DNA of 54,466 nucleotides, filler included, from Porpidia crustulata (taxonomy: Eukaryota): assembly GCA_964255105.1 (NCBI GenBank). It is 3 parts of 3 records of this genome, joined end to end, with 100 filler letters (N's around TTAATTAATTAA, not from the genome) between each part and the next. Parts side by side here need not be neighbours in the genome. Positions count along the whole stretch, not along the records: positions 36,405 to 54,466 come from CAXUWE010000194.1; 2 more parts are not named here. The stretch is one strand, 5' to 3'. Positions 36,999 to 48,781 of the stretch are shown here, in pieces. Position 1 is the first letter of the stretch. Each line of letters begins with the position of its first letter. The position numbers were made by a program, and so were the translations under genes. The notes under the pieces are model-generated. The model was not told where the DNA came from and did no database searches. It saw only the letters and a list, made by a program, of their open reading frames with translations.

Positions 36999-39900
36999 TC
37001 AGAGCATTGGGGCATCTCGTCGGCTTTGGCCTAGGCCACCGAACAGGTGCTCCGGCGGGATGCGACCCATGTTGCTCGTCTTGTCGAAGTATGCCGTTGG
37101 CGCTGGGCTGTAGCCTTCTGCTTTCCGTCGGAAGTGCTCGATGAGCACCCCGAAAACGACGAGGAAGAAGATGGCGCCCAGGGCGCAGGCGAGAGCGATG
37201 AGTGCAACCAGCCCTGCAGCCATATGGCCCCCTTGACAAATGTTAGCGTATAAGTATACCGAGTGAGGTATACTATGACTGACCTGATGGTTTGAAATTA
37301 AAGACCTGGTCAGAGAATAGTTGTGATAGGCTCCCAGGATTATTACCCGATGTGGACATGATGAAAGGAGAGAATGTAGTGCCATTGTAGAGTGCTGCTG
37401 AGACATTACCGAATGCAGGTAGGTCGAGCTGGCCTGTGACAAGGAGAGTCATGCTGTCGTCGAGCAGAGGACTGCTTGCATGTTGTGTCGTCAATTGTAG
37501 AACGGACAATCCACGAATGACAGTATCCTTGCCAAGATCGTCTCCGACAGCCTGAAATTGCGACCCATCATATTTCATGAGAAAAGCAGCTCCGTTCGTA
37601 CGCTTTCCTGCGATCCAGAACTGAGATGCATCGTTGTTTGCTGGCGACAGAGCTGTGACAGGTCCCGGGACAACGCCAGGTACCACAGACCATACTTTCT
37701 GTTTTGCATCGTAGTTTGCGAGCGACGTGGCGTTGTTGCTAACGGTCAGATTTCCCCCAACGAGCAATTTATCGCTACCCTGCCAGGCAAAGGTCGAGAC
37801 GCTACCGCCCAGCCCGCTGCCTGGTTGACTCCACATTCCATTCTCAAATATACATACACTTGGACAGGGGATATTCCCAGCAGTGTCAAAATTGCCGCCC
37901 GCGTAGACCTGAGATGATCCAGGCCTAACAGCAATGGCATTAACGGCAACGTCTTTACCTCCAAAGGGCTGTGGTTGTGGATATGCGTAGTCGGCCTGAA
38001 CTAGATCGTAGATAATAAGTCCATTGACAGGAGCGCCGTTGACTTGGCCTGAGAGTGTTCCACCTGCATACAAAATATTGTCATGCGTGTTGAGAGACAG
38101 GAAAACAGAGCTCGGGTCAAGCCCAGTGCCTATAACGCCGGTAACAGTGTTTGCAGTACTGTTGATGAAGACAAGATTGTTGATACTTGATCCATTGGTG
38201 GCCTTCGCGGTGAAGTGACCTCCTAGAATGGTAATGTTCTGACCCATGTTTTTATAGAATAATCCTGTGACAACGCCTGTGACGTTCTGCCCGCTGACAG
38301 CTCGTTTGGGCGTTGTTGTGTTTCCGACCTGTTGCGGTTGGATGTTCACTCCGAAAGAATTAATCTGAAGAGGATTAGTCGTTAACGAGACTGCGTCACG
38401 GACTTGCATAGCCTGCGTCGAAAGTGTCCCGGCCAGTATCGGAAAGCTCCCTGTAACGTTCGTAGTTGCACTTAATTGTCCAGAAACGGCCATGGAATGC
38501 GCGTTGAGATTCTGGAGCCAGTTACTGCGAGACGGGACCCACACAGCAAAGCCGTGAGCTGGGAATGATCCCCCGGAGCTTGAAGTCAGTACCTGATCAA
38601 ACCCGCCGTTGATCGTGATACACATCTCTGGCTGATTGCTGGTCACATTGAGTTCCAATGGTACAATGCTGTTGACTCGGCCATTAACACCAGCACCGAG
38701 CGCCGACCACGATTGGTTTGAAGTATGGTAGAGAGCGACATTATTCAAACCTGGAATGTCGTCCTTCGCTGTATTTGTGAAGTTGCCACCAATGAAGAGT
38801 AAATTTTCAAAGGGATACAACACAGACACCACTGAGTTTAACCCACCGTTCGGTAAGGAGGTTGCATTGCCAGTGGAGACGGAGAAGATACTCTCAAAAT
38901 TATTGTTCTTGTCCGAAAGATTGCCAGCAACATAGGTGACACTGTTCAGTACCGCGACGCTATTGATTGTAGCGCCTGGATTGAGGCTCATTCCCGCCAA
39001 ATCAATGGTCGAGTTCGTAAAATCATTGTTGCTCGAGGCTTGATTGGGGTTGAACTCGTACAGCCCGTTCAAACCGCCGGTAGAATTTGTCAAATCAAAT
39101 CGGATGGACTGCGCGACGAGCTTGATATCATTCTGCTGATCGGACTTAGGTGTCAAAGTGACGGTGGGGCGGAATGCATCGCTATTGGCATCAACAGGGC
39201 CATAGTAAATCTGATCGTACTTGTCGAAATTGTTGGTCTGGTAGATTAGGGTCTGGAATGGTGGTGCAGCCGAAGCCAGGGTTCCGGTGACATTAGCCAC
39301 CCCTCGGCGATCACAGCTGTTATCTTGTGTGCATCCAGGTGTGAAGATTATTACGGAATAGTTGCCTGACTGCTTGATATCCGGTTGGAAGACGACAGAG
39401 GCGTTTTGGTTCGATCCATTCAAACTCACAGTCAAGTACTCGGAATTGCTTTGGCCAGACGGAGTCACTGCCCATGGACCAGTCGCCGTGGCATTCGATG
39501 CAAAAGGTATAGGTACTGCACACACTGGTTCATCAAGGGCATCTACAGCGTAAGCATAGATATCTATCACCAGTCAGTTCTGTGTATGAAAAGGTTCAGG
39601 GATCCTGTCTACCATTTTGGAATAACTCGATCCCATCAAATCCACCTCCGCTACCATACCATTCGGAGATGTCGATCCGAAATCCGTTCATACCGACAGA
39701 GTTGAAGAAAGTAAAATCCTGGAACTTGACTGACTTGTCCCCGGATAACGGGCATCGTGCATCGCAATACGCAGTTTGGCCGGTTGCAGGATCAATGTAG
39801 GTGAAGTTCATGATTCCGTTGATGGGCATGGCTGTGAAGCGGAACGTCTTTGTTCCTCGACCATCTTGGTGAGTATTCCATATCCTTAGCTTCTTCGGCT

Positions 39901-40777
39901 GATACCCGAAGTTCATGTCTGCTCTCCAGAATCCAGGCGAGTTGTCCTGCAGTAACCATGTAGAATCGATTGCATCTTGACCGTTCGTCTTGCACACTAT
40001 GTTACTGGGGTTGTCGAATCCGGTAGCCGATGTTGATGAACCTGCCGTGATTTTTGCCGTTGAGATATTAATTATCTGTTGCTGATCCGTTTGATTCCCA
40101 GTTGAAGCTGTGGTGTTCCCGATACCAGAAAAGGAACCGCCAAAAATGATATTGCCGTTGGGGTCCTTCACTATCGACTTCACAGGCCCGTTGAACCCAG
40201 CGAAAGGTAGTTCAGTCCATCCTGCGGTTCCTACCCAAGCAATCGCATTCGTTGAATTTAGACCTTTGAATTCACCTCCCACATAAACTGTATTTGTCTG
40301 CTGATCGCAGAGAAGAACCGAAACCTGTCCAGAAAGTCCGGTAAGAGGGCTCACCACGGATTTCGTAGGATCAAACATTGCAACGCCTTGGGCTTCTATC
40401 CCTCCCAAGCTGGTGAAATTTCCCCCGACGACGACTCCTGCCAATGTTCCATCGTGCATAACAAACGGGCACATACTTTTGATGTACGCATCCGCTGAAG
40501 CTGCCGTCATAAAGTCCCCATTGGGCAACTGCGTGATGAGTGATTGGCTTCCGTTGGTACTGAAGCTATTCTCTGTTTGTTCCTTGTACGTATAGAGTGA
40601 TATCGCGTCGAAATCTCCAGTCAGTGCGACGCGCCCTAATTGCTTGAGGTCCAGGCTCGGTAACGGCACGGGGTCGAAAGTTGCTCCTTGCGTGACGGAG
40701 ACCACCAAAATCGGCCATAAACGCACGAAGAATGTAAGTTGAGCCGCCGCCGCAGCGGCTGAGGATAAGGACCTCAT
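36999..40777 (-). CDS. RAX2: Rax2 polarity-landmark type I membrane glycoprotein, ~1225 aa
   Basis: Exons 40777-39613, 39563-37284, 37231-36999 (3678 nt). Signal peptide, LGRVALTGDFDAISLY, repeated VGGNF beta-propeller-like units, KLRIWNTHQDGRGTKTFRF, a C-terminal TM helix (GLVALIALACALGAIFFLVVFGVL) and cytoplasmic RIPPEHL. Confidence 0.93.
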
Positions 40778-41786
40778 GGTTTGGTCGCAAAGCGCACGTT
40801 TCAAGGCGACTGTAGCACGTTGAACTCAGTTCTCTGTGCTCGTATGGGGGAAGTGGCGTGTGGATGCTTAGATTGCGCTCACCATCACCTTCTCACCAAA
40901 CACATGAGTAATGACGTGCCGACGGCAGTCTACGACCTGGCTCTACCTTCAAGGTAACCAATCAACTAGGTGTTCGGATTATCAGATTTTCAAGTGACCT
41001 GCTGGAAGGACCAGCAGCAGGGCGGTGGTGATTAAGTGAGGAGGATTTCTGTTTCTGCACTTCGAAGATCACTCGGCGACCCGGTAAGATTACTGGAGGT
41101 CTACAGGGGTATATCTAGCCAATCAGCGATCGGAATGACGTTAAGTTACGCTCTCTGGACAACATTGGCGACGTACTCAACAATCAACTCATGTTCATAA
41201 GTTAAGTAAGGTACCTACTACACACATCTCCTCTTATCTTCACACAATTTGATACTTAACTTCTAACTCATGATGATGATTGACTCATTCTCATATTCAC
41301 ACGGCACGATCACTCATTTGATTACGATCTTATTGTCGGCTCGCAATCCTCCCGCTCTCCATACTTAAGTAGGACCGGTGGCTGACTCTTGATCCGGGCT
41401 AGATCACCTTATCGTGTTACTGATGCTGTCGACCATGCAATGCCCCCAAATCCCATTGTACGAATTAGGGAGGTCCGCACCTACTGATTATCTACAGACT
41501 ATATGTCCATGTATGTGTGTCCTAGGCACGATACACTCGTGGTGCTTGAGAGCGAGGTATGTTGAGGCGACAGTTATATCAGTATATCCATCTCTGTTGA
41601 TGTGCAGGTCCTCGACTTCAAGCGAAATCTGAGAGGCAGCCACGTAGGTTCCCGCGTCAAGGATGATGAGCTGACCTGTCATTAGTCGCTTCGTGTAGGA
41701 ACTGACGCAACTCTCCAGCAACTCGCTGCGAATCATTTAAAGGAGCTGTGTAGTACTCGTGCTTTTCATACGCTCGGGACTTTGCA

Positions 41787-43256
41787 TTACGCTTTCCGCC
41801 TTCTTTTCGCCTTTCTTGCCGTGGAGACTTCTTGAATGGTCACGACGTTCTTCTCCTCAGTTGTTTCTCGTTTCAATCCGGCATTTGTCAGAACAGAAGC
41901 TACTGTAATAGTATCAAGTGACACTCCCAAACCTTCCTCCTTGGTTATGTTCGCAAATTCGAGCTCCGCATCTTCTGTCTTCACCCGAACTATACCAAGA
42001 TCGGAGGGTAGTATCTTCGCATTTCCTTCCTCCTTTATCTCAGTGACTTCGAGCTTGGTGGAGAGTCTCTCCGCAAAGGTTCTCAGATCGGCGGCAAAGA
42101 GTACACTGTGGGCCCAACCGGCTTGCTTACCCCAGAGACTACGAAAGAGATCCCCCACTGCCTCGTATGTGGCTCTGGTTAGACTTCGATGCTTACCCTT
42201 ACCAAATTTGTAGTCCCGCTGCGCAATTTGCCAAACTTCATCCTTGTTAGCTTGGTTCCCATGTCACTTATTGATGTAGAGCACACACCATGCGTATCGA
42301 CTGGCACAGCTTCTCCCCAGCCAAGGCCCATAAGGCATACGCAGTCTGCGACTTTAGGTCCGACTCCTTGCAAAGACAAAAGTTCCCCATGCGCTTTGCG
42401 ATACCCATCTCGTCCACCAGGGAATAATTCACCAGCTTCGAAGACCTTACGACCCAAGATTGGACTCTCGGGATTTCTCAGACCGTCAAGCCAACCAGGT
42501 TCATGGCCCTTAGATATCATTACTGCAGTCTGGTGCAAATATTTCGCTCGATAGCCAAATCCAAGCTGGCGTAGCTGCGACTCGACGCTCGGATCAATCA
42601 GCGCTGACGGAGAGGGCATGTCGTAGAAGGGTTTGGAATCGAGGTAGCCCAGTAGAGGTCCATAATGCACACATAATTTCTCCATCTGTAACGGGTTTTC
42701 CCAATCAGCAACTGTTCATTAAAGTAGCCGGCATCACAGTTGTACCATTTGAGAGATTCTGATGATGTTGTTGTTACTGCTGCAAATGAAACCAACAAGA
42801 GCTTCCCAAGCGTCCTGCTTCAGTATCCGCACGCCAGTAAATTTGGGGGCTCGCTTCTTGAAGTTCAGGTCCGCTGTCGACCATTGCTCATACAGTTCCG
42901 TCAAGTTCGGCCCGAGATTCAAATAATGTATCACTAGCTCTTCCGTATTATCGTCGTTGTTCAGGGACTCTCGGGCAGAAGTTGATGCTGAGGGAGAAGT
43001 AGGAGGCCCTTCGAAGCCGGGTGGATATAATGCTCTATAGTGCAAGTGGGTAGAATCCTGACGGAACGAAAGTATGCGTCCTTGAAGGGCGCATGACCAC
43101 ACGTTATCCTCGGATTTTCTCCATCTAATTGACTTATTAGAGTGAATCACCAATAAACAGATATGCACAGGTTGCGCACCGGAAAGACTGGCCACAGCGA
43201 AGCGTAGTATCTATGCAAAGCTCTTTCAAACTCACTGGGAGCTTACGCCACTGCAT
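41787..43256 (-). CDS. OGG1: 8-oxoguanine DNA glycosylase/AP lyase, ~433 aa
   Basis: Exons 43256-43180, 43124-42746, 42685-42289, 42235-41787 (1302 nt). TLRCGQSFRW, FICSSNNNIIRI, LGFGYRAKY, HhH motif LQGVGPKVADCVCLM, VPVDTHVWQIA, AGWAHSVLF and a C-terminal basic NLS-like KAKRRRKA. Confidence 0.96.
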
Positions 43257-43270
43257 TGCTCAAAATCTGG

Positions 43271-43347
43271 ACGTCTCCTTGCTACGTGCACAATATTTCA
43301 CATTCAACTTTGGGAAACGCGTCTCACGTACTGTACGTCATCACGTG
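43271..43347. promoter_or_regulatory. Cluster of MCB, CRE-like and E-box motifs upstream of OGG1
   Basis: ACGCGT at 43317-43322, TACGTCA at 43334-43340, CACGTG at 43342-43347, plus further ACGT cores near 43271, 43284 and 43326. Motif match only. Confidence 0.4.
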
Positions 43348-43949
43348 TGCGGGTACCGAGATTGGAACAGGGGTCTGAAAGGTTTCCCAGCGTGCCAGCG
43401 TACCTCCATGTCAAGAGCTTTTTGACAACCGCATATGCAGGCTTAAATCTGGCGGGAATAAGAGAGCATAGGCTCCTGTCCCTTCCTTGTGACGACAAAC
43501 ATACAACATTGCATTTGGGCACGCCAATAGAGAGTCGATTCCGCTATAGAAACCTGCTTATCAAATGAAAAATGCAATAGAAAGACGAGCTTGACCAAGA
43601 ATTAGGGAAGGGAAATATCATCCTCAGAAGGGGCCAAGAGACGACCAATTGATTGATATCAGCACTCGTACTTTACTCACAAATTAGCTTCACCTTTAGT
43701 ACTGACGTGTGCCATATTGACTTTGGTGTATCTTATGGTCCCCAAGTCTACTCATATACTATTCGTACTCAGTCTTTTGGGGATCTGACTGCATCCGTCA
43801 ACGATGCAGATTTCTCTTTTGCAGAGCATTGCGCTATCTATTACTCTACGTAAGAACCATTTGCGGGAACTGTGTCCTCTTCAGCCTCTGATTTAGTCAA
43901 TCTTTAGCCTTGCTACTGGTTCCGGAGGAGATGCTGTGTACATATCTAA

Positions 43950-44700
43950 CGTCGCATTGAGCTACTTGATGAGTTGTGTATCGAGCAATCTAACACTTTT
44001 CGTAACTTTACATTTTGTGTTCCTTGCAAGCGGAGAAGATTAGGAGAGCGCCAAGGAAAAGCATGAGGATGGTCATTGATCAATATAATATATTATTGAC
44101 TTCTCACAGATAACGTTCAAGGTTGAGTTCTGGCCCTTTGAAGTACTAAAGTGGGTTTTGGCATGGATACCCCAATTCATACCCAAAAAGTTGACAATCC
44201 CACCAAGTACGGCGATGGTATAACCCTCCGCGAGAGTACCTCATTAACCATGGTTTTCTTATTCTGAAGAGACGCAGAGAAATGAGATGCATTCACACAC
44301 TTACGATACGATTTGCCACTTGAACCTCTCCGGCAACTCGTACCAAATGATCTTGAAGCCAGCCCGATCCCACACCTTGGACGTCCAAAACTCAACCCAT
44401 TTTACCCAGGTTGAAGGGTCCTTTTCGCTGGCAGATAATGAGGGTCTCGTGGCGCCGCCACACCAACGTTGCAGCAGGGGACGCGAACCAAACTTGCTCC
44501 AAACCATCCATGGTCCTACCATAGCATCGAACGCGGTACCGGAGTCAAAAGCATACGCAGCTAAGGATGAACACCAAATCGCGTTGAACACCAACGCCCC
44601 AGACCGTCACGCTCAAATGCAGTTCCAAGCTTTTTTGAGATATCTCGAGAGTATATCTTTGTCGTCTGGTGGAATGTCTTCAATTTGAGGTCTAGTTTCC
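43950..44700 (-). pseudogene. Possible decayed gene of unknown family
   Basis: A protein-like frame (ETRPQIEDIPPDDKDILSRYLKKAWNCI*A*RSGALVFNAIW...FKWQIVS) runs about 130 codons with two TGAs (44615-44613, 44609-44607) and ends at a GTAAGT donor near 44304. A downstream frame reads GTLAEGYTIAVLGGIVNFLGMNWG. No family recognised; boundaries approximate. Confidence 0.3.
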
Positions 44701-45448
44701 CAAAAAATGAGCGGCTTGAGAAGAATAATAAACCTGGGATGTGATCCGTTCCAGAAGGCTCGACTCGTTGTTTTGATTTTCAGGCTGGCTAGTGAAAGAC
44801 TGTTTTTGATCTTCAGGACACTGGATCCTTTATACCACGATCATTCCTCTGAACTGGGAAGGCCGAGAGACAACGGGGGAGACGGAAAGAGAGAGACTGC
44901 CTCGCAGTGGATGTGTTTTCGTGTATCCAAGTCAAAGGAGATCTCATTACCGTCGTGGCTTGGTCCATGGCGCTCGAGGTTTTTGGTATCCACAAAAACC
45001 AGAGCAACATACACAATGACATCACAACTACATAGATCGTTTAGCATGGGGTAATGAGACGAGCTAGAATTTTGAAAATATAACTGAGGTGGTGAAATAC
45101 AAATCGTAAACCACGAACCCGGAAAATCCATTCCAAATTTGCATGAAAAATTTCCAACCAATATCAACCAAACCCTCTGCACCATATCCCCACCCCCCCA
45201 ACTCGCTTGACGGACCTCAAGGGGGATCCATCCATCTACCGCTCAGCCGACCCTCTCTTTCTATGTCCCATAGAGCCCTCAAACTCCATCTTCGACTCGT
45301 CACCTATACCGTTCCAATATCGCACCGCACACCACCCCTATCCCCGCACACATATCCCCGGTCCTTACGACCATCTTCCCCTTCCTCATCTCATCGAGAG
45401 CACAAAACCATCGGCTTTTGTTCGCCTCAAATGTCTTCTTGGCTTATC

Positions 45449-46537
45449 TCACTTCACCCCATTTTCACCCACACCCTCCACACCCCCTTTGGGCAACTCC
45501 CTCGCCATTCTCGCTCCCGCATATGTGCCCATACTAATCGCGTTCGGAATAATCTTCATCATTGACACGCAAACCCCCGCCGCAAACACCCCTTCCACAC
45601 TCGTCTGGCAGAACGGCGGCGACGTATTAATCTCGCACACGGCGCCGTACTCCAGTCCCAACTGCTCGGGCAGCGTGCGTTTCAGTTTCATGAGGGGGCG
45701 GTGGACTAGGAGGGATTTGGTTACTGTTTCCCCGGTGGCAGATATGATACTGATTTCCGAGGACGAGGACGCTTTGGAAGTTCCCAGAGCTGGCACTAAG
45801 CGGGAGATTCCTCGGTCGTCGACGTGGATGTCTGGTGCTTGTAGCGAGTGAGAGATTTCGGCTGCATTTCAGGGTTGGCATCTGTGTAGATTGTGACTCT
45901 GTCTACGAAATTATGCGCATCGCCGGCGACTTCCATGCAATGGAGAGGGTTGGCGAGGCCATCGAGGGCGAGAAGGCCTACGGAGGGGGCACTGCGATGT
46001 TCGTAATCGAATTGGAACATGTATGGGAATCTGTCAGGAAGAAAGAAGGGCAGAAGTCAGCAACATGGCCTTCTGGTTGGTGTAGACGGAGAGTGAAGAA
46101 ACGACGGTGTCAAATTTTAGACATGGAAAGGCACAAACATTCGTGAGGGATAGTTCTTTTCCTAACCATCAAGAGCCGGAAAACGTCCTCCATGTCAGTC
46201 GCAAACAGGAGTTTCTTTCGTAGCCAGATCTCTCCACTAGTATCCACAGCTTGGAAAATCCATTGTCGAGCTTATTCACTCGGTCAACACCGACGTCGAC
46301 AAATCGGCATAAAACACTCTTCCGCAACTCTGTTCTGGTAGCTTCACGGAACCTCTTAGGGTCTTTATTCTCTCATGTCGGTGTGAGACGGGCAGGGGAA
46401 GATTGTCAATTGCGAGGCCTGTGAGCGTCGAATATACCTGAAGTGTGAAGCGCGCGGTATAATGTCAAGGCCGCAGAGAGGCCGGCGCGGCTTCCCCCAA
46501 CGATGAGGACGTCATTGAAAGATGAAAATTGCGCCAT
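45449..46537 (-). pseudogene. GliT-like thioredoxin reductase / FAD-dependent disulfide oxidoreductase pseudogene
   Basis: ATG at 46537: MAQFSSFNDVLIVGGSRAGLSAALTLYRALH..FDAHRPRN*. In-frame TGAs at 46408-46406 and 46375-46373, several frameshifts, intron 46138-46031. Active-site region IFPYMFQFDYE, VTIYTDA, and C-terminal FAD motif PPFCQTSVEGVFAAG. Confidence 0.88.
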
Positions 46538-46938
46538 GACTGGCTGGAACAAAAGATGAAATGAAATCAATCAGTCTCAGACATGCAGACAAGGGTGACG
46601 TGTGGCTTTCCTAAGCAAATATGTTGTAACATAAGAATTGTAAGCGAAAGGCAGTCAGTAAGCTTTCCAGTAGAGTATAGTGTTGCCAACCATTAGGAGA
46701 AATAGAATGCAACTTTTGTCTTGATCGCAGTATACACTCGTTTGTCTGTATCCTGTATCCGGCGTCCGAAACAAGGATCCCAACTTGGGAGGCACTTACA
46801 CAGCAGGCAGCCGTTTCGGGGACCGCGACGAGCCATCGCCATCGCTAGGCCTTGCAGTTGAGCTTAAATCGACAACGGTACAATGAAGTGCGTGGAAGAG
46901 ACCTAGCCTTCCTGCCTACCGGGTATCAACATTGAAGA

Positions 46939-47461
46939 ATGGCAACCTCCCGTTCGATAGACGTTCTCATCGTGGGAGGCGGACCAGCAGGCCCTCCACT
47001 TCGCGCGCAATGCCCTCCAACTCACCCCCAAAGGCGTCACAATCTACACAAAAGGCTCCGAACCCCTCGGTGATTCCCTCACCAATGCCTTAGGCCCCGA
47101 CTCGAAGATCAAAGTCGACACGTGCACAATCACACGTCTCGAGAAAGGGCCTCACCGAGCCGAAATCATCCTACACTTCTCCGACGGCAGCAAAGTCGTC
47201 GAAGGTTTCTTGGCCCACAAGCCCAAGTGCCAGCTGACTGGGAATTTCGCGCAGCAGTTAGACTTGGAACTGTCGTCGCAGGGTGACCTCAAGTCAACCC
47301 CACCGTTTTTTCAGACGAGCTTGCCCGGGGTCTTTACCGCAGGCGACGCAAGTTATCCGGTCAAGATTGCACCGAATGCACTCTTCACCGGCGCTGCGGC
47401 TGCCACGGGTGCTTCGGCTCAGCTGCAAGCGGAGAATCTGGGGCATAAGTCTCTGGTTTGA
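46939..47461 (+). pseudogene. Second GliT-like thioredoxin reductase, internally deleted and frameshifted
   Basis: ATG at 46939: MATSRSIDVLIVGGGPAG. At about 46991 the sequence jumps, in another frame, to ALHFARNALQLTPKGVTIYTKG...EGFLAHKP...PPFFQTSLPGVFTAGDA...AQLQAE..* . The central part including the CxxC region is absent. Confidence 0.88.
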
Positions 47462-48781
47462 GCGGTGGAAAGAGGAATCGAACTCAGATGGAGTTGAACT
47501 AATTATATAGGTTGATCTTAGTAATCTAGCTTAAAACATCCTTTATATAAAAGGTGTCTATTTAGTCACCGGGAGATGACGAAATTCAGCGAACAGAAGC
47601 TAATAGCCCTTCGCCGATATTCCTCTCTTCCAATCCTTCTCATCGCTCTGGTATCATAACCGAACTCAAGCCCCTGAATATATGCTTTCCAATCCTCTCC
47701 GAAACCCAAACCCAACCACTCGCTCCACAAACCCGCCGTTTCCCGCCCGACTTTCCATCTCCCTTCAGCGAGTAACCCCAAGCCCTAACATGCAAACTCC
47801 AGACCAACATCCCAAGTTTTTCCAACCCGCACCACCGCCCATCTCCACTCTAAATTGTAAGGTGGTTTTAGTGACTGGGCCCAAGACGGTTACTGCGCTC
47901 TGCTGATAGATGTTGTTGGCATAAAGTACCTAGAGCGGCGGCCCTCGACGCACTTAGATACCCTCAGCCGCGGACTTGCGAGCGCGCTCTTTCTCCTCCA
48001 AGTTCTAGACTCATGATATTAAGCCAAAACGACTCTTGATGCCACGATACAGTCCTATCGAAGTAGAAATTGTACGCAGAGGCTAATCGAGATGGCTCTG
48101 CGGCACCGAGTGTTGGATCACTCTGACCGTCTTACTGTATCACGGATTATCACCGCCACTCTCGTCATCCTCGTAGTCTGTATGTAGGTGAATCGATTTA
48201 AGATATCTTTCTCTCTCGCGTTGGTGTAAATCTACCTCCATATCTTACTTTTCTCATAATCTTTAGGATATTTTTATTCTTACTGGACTTTAAGTAAGAT
48301 CTTACAGAACAAAACAGTATTATTATCTACAATAATATTTAGGCAGTCAATGACCTCTTAGCCTTTTTTATTCCCTCTCCTCTCTTCTTCTTCACCCCAT
48401 GGCTTTCTCTTCTATTCGAGGCTTCCTCTCGCAACGCTTAGTAGTTCCATATCTTTTTCCATCAAATTCTGATGTCGGTCTCCCATCACCACAATGGGAC
48501 GCGAGTATATTCTCTTCTGCGCATCCTAGGGCAGGTGATTTCTCATTTGACTAGAACGATGTTGAACTGACTCTGAACTAGTAGGTACCGCGTCTGCGTG
48601 CCCTGGAGCATTTATGAGCAACTGTCTCTCTTATTGGATCGTGTATGCTTTGCATTGTTCTTTGTGTGATAGGTCTATGCCAGCGTCGTGAGCTTGGTTG
48701 TTGATTGTGACAGAAACATCTAGAGAAGAAGTACGGTTTCGCAGGAAAGACTCGTCATGGTCATGGTCATCGGGACCTTGA

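Noticed and set aside
45449..46537. RIP as the cause of pseudogenisation
   Set aside because: Several inferred changes are G>A, but TGG>TGA and GGT>GAT are CpC context on the opposite strand rather than CpA. The region is not TpA-rich, frameshifts are present, and the paralogues look too diverged to trigger RIP.
47880..48180. Protein-like minus-strand frame (DYEDDESGG...LEEKERARKSAAEG)
   Set aside because: About six stops in 100 codons is what random sequence gives, and no motif is recognisable.
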